A stretch of DNA of 64,000 nucleotides, taken from the NCBI GenBank assembly GCA_963801815.1, contig CAWDGJ010000002.1:544001-608000 (forward strand). Reading direction: 5' to 3'. Position 1 is the stretch's first letter. Each line of letters opens with the position of its first letter. Source of the DNA: an uncultured Verrucomicrobiae bacterium. GTDB taxonomy: Bacteria; Verrucomicrobiota; Verrucomicrobiia; Chthoniobacterales; UBA10450. Position numbers and translations under genes: made by a program. This document shows positions 51,216-60,381 of the stretch, piece by piece. Under the pieces are notes generated by a model. It made no database searches, had not been told where the DNA came from, and saw nothing but the letters and a program-made list of their open reading frames with translations.

Positions 51216-51542
51216 TCAATCGCCAAACTCATCATCTTCTTCGCTTCCGTCGGTCATAGGCATGAGCCAATGATGCCGGCGAAGGTCTCGCTCGTAATAA
51301 GCGTCAAACGCCAAACCGGCCCAACACGCGACTGGAACGAGCAAGCCGAAGCCCGCCGTTGCCAGACTGAGCAGGATGCCAACCCAAACTGCAACTGGCA
51401 TTCCCACAAACATCCAGATGAAGCCTGTCGCGTAATGGCCTTTGTAAATGTGACCGAGACCGGGAAGAAACGTGAGCAACGCGGCGATTTTATTCTCCGC
51501 GCTCACGACCTGTCGATTTTGCAGCATTGATGTTGCGTTCAT
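51216..51542 (-). CDS. Small membrane protein
   Basis: AAGGAGG RBS; LPGLGHIYKG and TM helices. Confidence 0.7.
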   Translation of the reverse strand: MNATSMLQNRQVVSAENKIAALLTFLPGLGHIYKGHYATGFIWMFVGMPVAVWVGILLSLATAGFGLLVPVACWAGLAFDAYYERDLRRHHWLMPMTDGSEEDDEFGD

Positions 51543-51558
51543 TGTTTTACCTCCTTGT

Positions 51559-51648
51559 TTACCACTCAGGATGTCTCAGGCATTCCACGATAATGACCGC
51601 GTAGAGCAGTATCATCGCTCCGATGCCGGCTGAGATTACGTATTCCAT
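51559..51648 (-). CDS. 29-aa single-pass membrane peptide (KdpF-like)
   Basis: AAAAGGAG RBS; MEYVISAGIGAMILLYAVIIVECLRHPEW. Confidence 0.65.
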   Translation of the reverse strand: MEYVISAGIGAMILLYAVIIVECLRHPEW

Positions 51649-51711
51649 AACGACTCCTTTTAATTTGTTGCTCCTAGGTTAGCCAGGTCCTCGCCCCGGA
51701 CTTCCCTCCAA

Positions 51712-51736
51712 TTGCTTTTTGCTTTGCAAAAATTGC
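51712..51736 (-). promoter_or_regulatory. 21-bp direct-repeat box (peptide/decarboxylase unit)
   Basis: GCAA tttttgcaaagcaaaaa GCAA-N9-AG, then TAACCT. Confidence 0.8.
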
Positions 51737-51767
51737 GGGGCCCCGTCGCGACAAGCGGCCCATCCGC

Positions 51768-51792
51768 ACAAAATCTGACGAGGAAATAGCAA
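51768..51792 (+). promoter_or_regulatory. 21-bp direct-repeat box (sensor-less AraC)
   Basis: ACAA aatctgacgaggaaata GCAA-N9-AG. Confidence 0.75.
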
Positions 51793-51837
51793 ATGCTGCA
51801 AAGCGGAGGCGCGCGGTCCGGAGCTAATTGTAATGTG

Positions 51838-52236
51838 ATGCTAGGAGTTAATTGCCAAGTTCAATTTCACAACGTCGCGCACAACGGCCATCCCGCGGAA
51901 CCTCGCGACATCTGGGAAGCGCGCCGCTTTATCGACAAACATCTCGCCGAGCCGATCTCGCTGACTCAGGTCGCAAAGAATATCGGCATCAATGTCACTC
52001 ACCTGAGCGAAAAGTTTAAAAAGGTAACCGGCATAAAGTTTGTCGATTACGTCGCACGCAACCGGTTCGAAAGAGCACGCGACCTCCTAGAAACCATCGA
52101 TCTTCAGATCAGCGAAATCGCATTCGCGGTTGGGTTCCAATCCCTTTCGCAATTTAACCGCGTCTTCAAAAAGCTATCGGGCAAATCGCCCAGTGAATAT
52201 CGCGTGGCTTTGTCTAGGTCCGGCAAAGGAACGTGA
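51838..52236 (+). CDS. AraC-family protein consisting of the DNA-binding domain only
   Basis: ISLTQVAK..FKKVTGIKFVDYV..ISEIAFAVGFQSLSQFNRVFKK. Confidence 0.85.
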   Translation: MLGVNCQVQFHNVAHNGHPAEPRDIWEARRFIDKHLAEPISLTQVAKNIGINVTHLSEKFKKVTGIKFVDYVARNRFERARDLLETIDLQISEIAFAVGFQSLSQFNRVFKKLSGKSPSEYRVALSRSGKGT

Positions 52237-52296
52237 TGTCGACTTTGCTGCTACATCGAATCGATCGTTTTTCCAAAAAAATGCATTGTCGAATCT

Positions 52297-53163
52297 TTGT
52301 ATTTCTGTCACAACTGCGGCCGCGTGCGACGTCCGGGTATAACTCGATGGCTCCACGGTAAACGCGAAAAACTGTTGTGGGCAGTCGGGGGAACAGCCGC
52401 GCTCACCGTCATTCTGCTTTCTTGCAGCACGTTTGAAACGAATCGCACGATTCTCGCACCACCCAGCATTCCCGGTGCGGAATTCGTGGGCTCCGAAGCC
52501 TGCGAGACCTGTCATGAATCGATCACGCGAGATTTTCGAACCGCGACTCACGCGCGTTTGAAAGCTCCGGGCGACAACGCCAAGGAGATGGGCTGCGAAT
52601 CATGCCACGGCCCGGGAAGCCTCCATGTCGCCGGAGGTGGCGATAAGAGCAAAATTATTAATCCGCGAAGATCGCCGGACGCCTGTTTCCAATGCCACCT
52701 CGAAGTCCGCGCGCGATTTGAAATGCCGCACCATCATCCAGTGCTCGAAGGAAAGATGAGTTGCGCGGATTGTCATAATCCGCACGTTGGCCGAGCGATC
52801 AAAGGCGGTGGAACCAGTTTGCCGCAGCAAGTCAAAGGCGGTGGCACGCTGCTTCTCGGACAGAACGAGACATGCTTCCAATGTCACGTTGCGCAAGCCG
52901 GTCCGTTCGTGTTCCAGCATGAAGCGTTGAAGGAAGGTTGCGTGAGCTGCCACTCACCTCACGGTTCCGTGAACGCGCGCATGCTCAATGAGCGCAATCA
53001 AACACTCTGTTTGAAGTGTCACTTCCAGGAGCAGAAAGCTGGCGGCCGTATCTTCATTGGCGATTCCGATCACACTAGCCGTCTGCCACAAGGAACCTGC
53101 TGGTCGGCCGGCTGCCACGAAGCCGTCCACGGTTCGCAGGTAAACGGACACTTCAGATATTAA
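52297..53163 (+). CDS. MtrA/DmsE-like multiheme c-type cytochrome, lipoprotein (start uncertain)
   Basis: 7 CxxCH plus CWSAGCH; GPFVFQH, C..CHSPHGS, VHGS; LLSC lipobox. Confidence 0.85.
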   Translation: MYFCHNCGRVRRPGITRWLHGKREKLLWAVGGTAALTVILLSCSTFETNRTILAPPSIPGAEFVGSEACETCHESITRDFRTATHARLKAPGDNAKEMGCESCHGPGSLHVAGGGDKSKIINPRRSPDACFQCHLEVRARFEMPHHHPVLEGKMSCADCHNPHVGRAIKGGGTSLPQQVKGGGTLLLGQNETCFQCHVAQAGPFVFQHEALKEGCVSCHSPHGSVNARMLNERNQTLCLKCHFQEQKAGGRIFIGDSDHTSRLPQGTCWSAGCHEAVHGSQVNGHFRY

Positions 53164-53164
53164 T

Positions 53165-55508
53165 ATGAGTGCGTTTCGATTCTCTCCTCTGCCGGTTCGA
53201 GGTTTCGTTCAGCTGACGTTTCTCAGTGTCATCACGCTTTGCCTCAGCTGCCCGCTACGTGCAGACGTAAACGCAGATGGAACCGAGACGTCAGGCGGAA
53301 TATCCGCAAATGACCCCAAGGCTGTTGTTGCGGAAGGGAAAGATGGTAAATCAACCGCCGCGGCGAGCACGACCGAACAAGAGACTGAATACAAGAACTG
53401 GATCGAAGTTGGCGTCGGCGGAACGTGGACGAGCGGTGACAAGGCGCAGTTCGAACAGCAGCACTGGCTGCCGGGCGATCAACCTTACGGGGGGATCACC
53501 GATATGCACTACGAGCACAGCGTTGGCGATAAGGCCACGTTGAGCATTGATGGTCACGCCCTCTGGGATATTAACGATTACGACATCAAAGTTGATCTAT
53601 CGCAGCCGAACGTCGGCTACATTCGCGGAGGATATACCGCGTTTCGCACCTGGTATGATGGCAATGGCGGATTTTTCCCGCCGCACGGCGGCACCTGGTT
53701 CCCGCCGGCCTTCGACGAGATGCACATCGACCGCGGCGAAGTCTGGCTGGAAATGGGACTTCGCGTTCCGGATTGGCCGGAAATCACCATTCATTGGTCC
53801 CACGAGATCCGGGATGGCCAGAAAGATTCGACGATTTGGGGCGACACGACTCTGACCGGTCTCACGATTAATCCTGCTCGAAAACTCGTGCCCGCATATC
53901 GAGACATTGACGAGAAGCGGGACATCCTCGCGGTCGACGCCACAAAGACATTCGGAAATACCGACGTCGGTATCGGAATGCGCTGGGACCATTACACCAT
54001 CGACAATAACCTTCAGCTCGAGCGCGGCGCGGGCCAGTTGCCGCCGGCGGTCCCACCTCCGGGCGCGCAACGATTCATCACTCAGAACGATCAGAACGAT
54101 GTCGATGATTTCACCGGACATATTCTGAGCGAGACCCGCATCAAAGATAATCTCTGGTTTACCTCGGCCTACTCCTATACCACGGAGGGAGCAGATCTTT
54201 CCGGCTCCCGCATCACCGGTGAAGGTTACAATTCGATGTTCGTAACCAGCTTTCCGCAGCTCCAGTCAAACGACCACGCAATCCTGAATCTCGCCGGCAT
54301 GTCCGAGAGTCGCGAGCATGTATTCAACGCCAATCTTTTCTGGATGCCGTTCAAAGACTTGGAAGCGCTCGCTGGTTTTCGTTACACCCATGAAAACATC
54401 GACAGCTCGTCGACGTTCTTGGATGACAACACTGCTACCGCGCCGCCCCCGACGCACTACACTGCTGCAATCCCGAAAGCTGCCGATACATCTGAAGAAA
54501 CAGACGAAACGGCGGAGAGACTGGAGCTTCGCTACAAGCATTTCCAGAACTGGCTCTTTTACGCCGAGGGCGAATGGGAAGAGGATTGGGGTGACGTTCG
54601 CGAGCATGAAGTCAGCGGAACACTAGTTGGGGGTGTGCCGGTGCCATCCGACCAGGGCCAGCTAAATAAAGACACGAACTTCTTCGACCAAAAATACACC
54701 GTCGGCGCTACCTGGTACCCTATGACCCGGCTGAACATGGCGGCGCAGGTACTATTATAGAGAAGCCGATTACGACAATGACTTCCACACCGAGCTCGCA
54801 ACGCCCCCGGTTCCTGGTTCGGAAAGAAATCAGAGGCTCATCGGCCAGGACTGGACCACGAATGATGCGAATATCCGCATCACGGCGCGCCCTAAACTTC
54901 CGGAGATGCTCGGCACGCTTTCGCTGGTGACGCGTTACGACTTCATGCAATCGGAAGTTTCGGGGAAATGGGCGATTTCACCGACATCCCCCTTCCCGCC
55001 GCCGAGCAACACGATCTTAAACGAGGAAATGACCGGACTAATCACCAACCATGTGGTCAGCGAGAGCGCGACATGGAGTCCGTGTCCGCGCTTCTATCTG
55101 CAGGCGGTCGGTGAGTATGTGTTCAATCAAACCGAGACGCCGGCGAGCAAGATCGACCTGATCGCGACTGGCGTGACTCCCTACAACAGCGCGACGGTAG
55201 TCGATTTTCGAAACGATTACTGGACGGTGACGGCCGCCACCGGTTATGTGCTCGACGAGTACACCGATCTACGTGCTGATTACACGTTCTATTGCGCGAA
55301 CGATCACTTTAAAAACAGCCGGGTGGCGATGCCGTACGGACTGGGCGCAACCGAGCACACCCTGGGGGCCACGGCCAGCCGTCAGCTCACGAAGCAGATT
55401 CGCCTGACCTTGCAATACAAATTCTTCGATTACCGGGACGAATTGTTTGGCGGTCACAATAATTACACTGCAAACTCTATTTTTTCTGGGCTTCAATATC
55501 GTTTCTAA
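53165..55508 (+). CDS. MtrB/PioB-like outer-membrane beta-barrel, split by a +1 frameshift near 54749
   Basis: Signal peptide, amphipathic beta strands, C-terminal GLQYRF; one-G removal gives 780 aa; directly follows the MtrA-like gene. Confidence 0.75.
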
Positions 55509-55544
55509 GTTTGGTAAGAACGTAAATCCGAAGAAAATCTGTCT

Positions 55545-55874
55545 ATGAAAACAATTGTTTCACTCGTTGTCGTTTTACTCGTTGCATCCGCAATTTCCAG
55601 CCGGGCGGCCGACGCAAAAGCCTTGTGGACGGCTAATTGCACGCCGTGTCATGGCGCCAGCGGAAATGGCGACACTAAAATGGGGAAAACCCTCGGCGCA
55701 GCGGACCTGACCGATGCGAAGAAGCAGGCGTCATTCACCGATGCCCAAGCCACCACGGCGATCAAAGACGGCGTGAAGCAGAACGGTAAACTGGCAATGA
55801 AGGCTTTTGGCGGGAAACTGTCCGATGATGATATCAAGGCGCTGGTGGCCTACGTCCGGACTTTGAAGAAATAG
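55545..55874 (+). CDS. Monoheme cytochrome c (class I)
   Basis: Signal peptide, CTPCH, MKAFGGKLSDDDIKALVAYVR. Confidence 0.9.
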   Translation: MKTIVSLVVVLLVASAISSRAADAKALWTANCTPCHGASGNGDTKMGKTLGAADLTDAKKQASFTDAQATTAIKDGVKQNGKLAMKAFGGKLSDDDIKALVAYVRTLKK

Positions 55875-55911
55875 CAGACGCGCGGCGTCGAAGCTGGGAA
55901 AGCAAAATCTT

Positions 55912-56217
55912 ATGAAACGAAAAATCGGCTTGTTATTGGCAACAATTCTTAGTTCGGCCGGAATAGCGGCGGCCGCAGACGCAAGCGCCACTTGGGCTGC
56001 GAATTGTGCGTCGTGTCACGGAAAGGACGGGAGTGGTAACACCATGATGGGGAAGAAGCTCGGGGTAAAGGATTACACCAAAGACCAAAGTTTCAGTGAC
56101 GCCGATGCCACCAACGCGATTAAGAACGGCAAAGAGAAAATGAAAGGCTTTGGCAGCAAGCTCTCCGACGCCGACATCAAGGCACTGGTCGCGTACGTGC
56201 GGACATTGAAGAAGTAA
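55912..56217 (+). CDS. Monoheme cytochrome c (class I)
   Basis: Signal peptide, CASCH, MKGFGSKLS. Confidence 0.9.
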   Translation: MKRKIGLLLATILSSAGIAAAADASATWAANCASCHGKDGSGNTMMGKKLGVKDYTKDQSFSDADATNAIKNGKEKMKGFGSKLSDADIKALVAYVRTLKK

Positions 56218-56243
56218 TCACGCGCGCACCGGAAACGTATTCC

Positions 56244-56570
56244 GTGAAGGGAAAAATCTGTCTGTCACTCGCAACGATCATGTGTTCGGCAGGAATTGCG
56301 GGCGCCGACGCCGGCGCAACATGGAATGCGAATTGTGCCACCTGCCACGGGAAAGATGGTAGTGGCAACACAATGATGGGCAAGAAATTGAACACCAAGG
56401 ATTATCGCGATCCCAAAGTACAGGCTGTGTTCAGTGACGGCGAAGCCGAACGGGCGATCAAGGAAGGCGTTAAGACCAATGGCAAGGAGACGATGAAGGC
56501 GTTCGGCGGAAAAGTTTCCGACACCGACGTCAAGGCCCTGGTCGCCTACATTCGCTCGTTCAAAAAGTAG
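56244..56570 (+). CDS. Monoheme cytochrome c (class I)
   Basis: Signal peptide, CATCH, MKAFGGKVS. Confidence 0.9.
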   Translation: MKGKICLSLATIMCSAGIAGADAGATWNANCATCHGKDGSGNTMMGKKLNTKDYRDPKVQAVFSDGEAERAIKEGVKTNGKETMKAFGGKVSDTDVKALVAYIRSFKK

Positions 56571-56646
56571 TATATAACTTTAATTTTTACCGATTTTCCC
56601 AGGTCGGGCTCCAGTGGGATCAACAATTTATCTAGACAATTGATCG

Positions 56647-58132
56647 ATGGCTGAACCGGTCGCTTCCTCAAATCCGCGACCGCAGCGTTTTCGTAATTGG
56701 ATCAGCTGGTTCGGGCTCCTGCTCGCCACCAGCGCGCTCTTTTCTTTCTTCTTACTCTTCGCGATCGATCTCTTTGCAGGTCATCCGAATCCGTATCTCG
56801 GAATTCTCGCATACGTCATCGCCCCGACCTTTTTCGTTCTTGGCCTGGCCATCACTTTGTTCGGGGCAATTTTGCAGTGGCGAAGAAATCGCCGCGCGGT
56901 AAAAGCGGCCGAACCGCTCGTCCTGAAAATCGATCTCTCCCGGCCTCGGGACCGCAAGTTTCTTTGGGTGTTCGGAGGCGTCGCGGTTCTGTTTTTGTTC
57001 GTGACCGCGCTGGGCAGTTACCAGACCTACCAACTGACCGAGTCGGTCCAGTTCTGCGGAAAGGCCTGTCACCTTCCGATGGAACCGCAACTTGTTGCCG
57101 CACAACACACCGCGCACGCAAAGGTGGAATGCGTCGCATGCCATGTCGGTCCCGGTGCGGCGGCGTATTTCAAGACCAAGCTCAACGGCGTAAAGCAGCT
57201 TTATCACACGGCGCGGAATGATTTCGACCGCCCGATTCACATGACTGCCGCCAATCCACGGCCGCCGCAGGCGATTTGCGAGCAGTGCCACTGGCCGCAG
57301 CGTTACGTCGGCAACGTCGACCGCACGTTTCAACATTTTCTCTCCGACGAAAAGAACACACCGTTCGCAGTGCGGCTGCTGTTGAATGTCGGCGGCGGCG
57401 ACCCATCCAACGGCCCGCCCGGCGGAATTCATTGGCACATGAACATCGGCAATAAGATCGAATACATCGCCACCGACGAGCAGCGAATGTCGATTCCGTG
57501 GGTGCGCATGACCAATCCACAAGGCACCGTCACCGAATATCGCGATCCCGATTTCAAGGGGGATCTGGCGAAGTATGAGATTCACACGGATGGATTGCAT
57601 GGATTGCCACAGCCGACCCGCGCATAAGGTGCACACACCGAACGATGCGGTTGATCTTGCGCTCATGACCAACCGGCTCGATGCCAGCATTCCCTGGGTC
57701 AAATCCAAAGTCGTGGCAGCGCTGACACAGCCGTACAAAACAAAGGCCGAAGCCGAACAGGGAATCTCGACTGCTTTGAAAAAGGATTACCCCGACCCGG
57801 CCGTGGCCGATCGCATTATCAACGTTGCGCAATCGATCTATAGCGAAAACTTCTTCCCGGAAGTAAAGCTTGATTGGCGAACGCATCCGGATTTCGTCGG
57901 GCACAAAAACTGGAATGGCTGTTTCCGTTGCCACGACGGCAAACACGTCGCGGCCGACGGGAAAATGTCGATTAAGGCGAGCGATTGCAAATCGTGTCAC
58001 TTGATTCTGGCGCAAGGCGATCCCGCAGGGATGAAGCAAATCAACGCTCAGGGCTTCGATTTCGTTCATATCGATGCTCCCTACTCCGAATTTTCATGCA
58101 CTGATTGCCATACGGGCGGTCCTCAGAAATAA
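56647..58132 (+). CDS. Membrane-anchored NapC/NirT-type multiheme cytochrome c, split by a +1 frameshift near 57589
   Basis: 3 TM helices; TESVQFCGKACH, CVACH, CEQCH, CMDCH, CFRCH, CKSCH, CTDCH; one-G removal gives 494 aa. Confidence 0.85.
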
Positions 58133-58142
58133 TACTGGGGCG

Positions 58143-59216
58143 ATGAAAGGGATTCTGTTTTTGATTTTGATGGTCGCCATGCTCGGGGCCTGCCAAAAAA
58201 ACTCTGAGATCAAAGTTTATCGCGTTTCCAAAGCACCACTCGAAGAGTCGGCACCCGATCAGCAGGCGGCGATGCCGGCGAATGCACCGTCGCCTTCGAT
58301 GCCTGGTGGCATGGCTCCAACCATGTCCACAGCTTCCGTTCCCTCTCCGCCGAATTGGGAACCGCAACCCTTGTCGCAGATGCGCCAGGCAAGTTTTGTC
58401 GTTAAAGGCGACAAGGGCGCGGTTGCAGACATTTCGTTTGTCAGTCTCGGCGCTTCCGCGGGCAATGTGCTCGAAAATGTGAATCGCTGGTTGTCGCAAA
58501 TTGGGCAACCGGCAATCGACGAGCAAAAGCTCAATCAAATCGCGCAACACCTCACGACTTCGATCGGCGACATGACGATTGTCGATTTGGCCGGCTTGCC
58601 CAGCGGCGCTGATCCGGCGAAAGACGGCAGAATTATTGCCGGAATGACTTCCGTCAATGGCTCGACATTATTTTTCAAGATCCGTGGTAACGACGCGTTG
58701 ACCGAATCGCAGAAGGGCGAGTTCATCAAATGGGTTGCGGCGATTTGCAACGCACAAGGAGGAAACAAAATGCCGCAAGCCGCGGGCGCGATGCCGCCGC
58801 AGACTTCAGACAATCCGCAGATCAAATGGCAAATGCCCGCGAGTTGGAGCGAAGTTCCGCCGTCAGCGATGCGTTACGCAAGTTTTAGCGCTGGCGCCAA
58901 CGACGACAAGATCGACATCTCGATTGTCACATTTCCTGGCGAAGGGGGCAGCGACGCCGACAACGTAAACCGCTGGAGACAACAGATCAGTTTGCCGCCG
59001 ATGACTCCGGCTGCGGTCGCCACCCAAATCGCGCCCTTGAAAACGGGCGACGGAACTTTTTCGACCGTGGATATTGCCGGCGCAAACGCGCGCACCCTCG
59101 CCGCCTGGACACGGCGCGATGGACACGTTTGGTTTTTCAAGGCGACGGGTCCGGGCACCGCGGTTGAAAAAGAAAAACCTAATTTTGTGAAGTTCCTTCA
59201 ATCCGTCCGATTCTAA
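58143..59216 (+). CDS. Lipoprotein with two internal repeats
   Basis: LGAC lipobox; PxxW..MR.ASF..NVNRW..QI..FFK..G occurs twice. Confidence 0.7.
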   Translation: MKGILFLILMVAMLGACQKNSEIKVYRVSKAPLEESAPDQQAAMPANAPSPSMPGGMAPTMSTASVPSPPNWEPQPLSQMRQASFVVKGDKGAVADISFVSLGASAGNVLENVNRWLSQIGQPAIDEQKLNQIAQHLTTSIGDMTIVDLAGLPSGADPAKDGRIIAGMTSVNGSTLFFKIRGNDALTESQKGEFIKWVAAICNAQGGNKMPQAAGAMPPQTSDNPQIKWQMPASWSEVPPSAMRYASFSAGANDDKIDISIVTFPGEGGSDADNVNRWRQQISLPPMTPAAVATQIAPLKTGDGTFSTVDIAGANARTLAAWTRRDGHVWFFKATGPGTAVEKEKPNFVKFLQSVRF

Positions 59217-59220
59217 GAAG

Positions 59221-60381
59221 ATGCTCCGTAAGATTATCGATTTAACCACGTCACTGAGGCTGACAATCGTTTGTCTGGCTGCGGCAATGGCGTTGATTTT
59301 CGCGGGCACGCTCGCCCAGATTCATCTTGGCATTCACGAAGCGCAGCAACGCTATTTCCAAAGCTGGCTGGTTTGGTGGCCAGCCGAAGGAAATGGTTTT
59401 CGAATTCCAATTTTCCCGGGCGGCCACCTCATTGGCGCGATATTGCTGGTTAATCTGATCGCCGCGCACGTGAAACGGTTTCGCTGGACCTGGCGAAAGT
59501 TTGGCATCCATCTCACCCACGCCGGACTGATCATTATGCTCGCTGGCGGGCTCTTCACCGATCTGTTTGCGGTCGAGAGCCACTTGCGGCTCGAGCGCGG
59601 CGACACGAAGAATTATTCGGAAGACCAGCGGCACATGGAACTGGCTGTGATCGACACGACCGACAAAGATCTCGACCAGGTCACGGCGATTCCCGAGTCG
59701 GTTTTGAAAACCAACCGGACCATCGATCACTGGAGTCTGCCTTTTCGAATCGTGGTCCGGAACTTTTACGAGAATTCTCGCCTTAGAATGCTAAGCGAAG
59801 CCGGGAGCAACGTGCGGCCGATTGCAAACCAAGGGCCAGGCGCGATGATCGCCGTTGAACCGGTGCCACGGACAACCGCGCAAGACGAGCGGGATGTGCC
59901 AGCCGCGGCAATCGAAATTCTTCCCAAAGATGGCGGTTCGCTAGGCACCTGGCTTGTTTCCGACGCGCTCGGGGCGCCGCAAACATTTTCCTGCGGCGGC
60001 CGGACCTGGATGCTCGCGATGCGGACCGCACGTTATTACAAACCCTACAGCGTGACGTTGCAAAAGTTCACGCATGAGAAATACGCCGGCACCGAGATCC
60101 CGAAAAATTTCGCCAGCAAAGTCACGTTGATCGATCCGGAGCGAAACGTAAATCGCGACGTGCTGATTTACATGAATCATCCGTTGAGGTATCGAGGCGA
60201 AACATTTTATCAGGCGGGTTTTCAGCAGGACGATCGTGCGACCATTCTTCAAGTTGTGCACAATCCGAGCTTTCTCGCGCCATATGTTGCCTGCATAATC
60301 GTCGCTGCCGGCTTGCTCTGGCAATTTGGTTTCCATCTTGTCGGATTCGCGCGGCAAAAACGGAGGGCTGCAACGTCATGA
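59221..60381 (+). CDS. resB: Cytochrome c biogenesis protein ResB/Ccs1-like
   Basis: SLRLTIV..GTLAQ, GIHLTHAG, IYMNHPLRYRGETFYQ. Confidence 0.8.
   Translation: MLRKIIDLTTSLRLTIVCLAAAMALIFAGTLAQIHLGIHEAQQRYFQSWLVWWPAEGNGFRIPIFPGGHLIGAILLVNLIAAHVKRFRWTWRKFGIHLTHAGLIIMLAGGLFTDLFAVESHLRLERGDTKNYSEDQRHMELAVIDTTDKDLDQVTAIPESVLKTNRTIDHWSLPFRIVVRNFYENSRLRMLSEAGSNVRPIANQGPGAMIAVEPVPRTTAQDERDVPAAAIEILPKDGGSLGTWLVSDALGAPQTFSCGGRTWMLAMRTARYYKPYSVTLQKFTHEKYAGTEIPKNFASKVTLIDPERNVNRDVLIYMNHPLRYRGETFYQAGFQQDDRATILQVVHNPSFLAPYVACIIVAAGLLWQFGFHLVGFARQKRRAATS

Noticed and set aside
52297..52312. Crp-like site TTGTA-N6-TCACA upstream of the cytochrome cluster
   Set aside because: Only one good half-site, and no HTH-bearing Crp/FNR in the window
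54748..57589. Programmed ribosomal frameshifting in the porin and NapC-type genes
   Set aside because: No slippery heptamer or long homopolymer, and similar +1 events occur in unrelated genes
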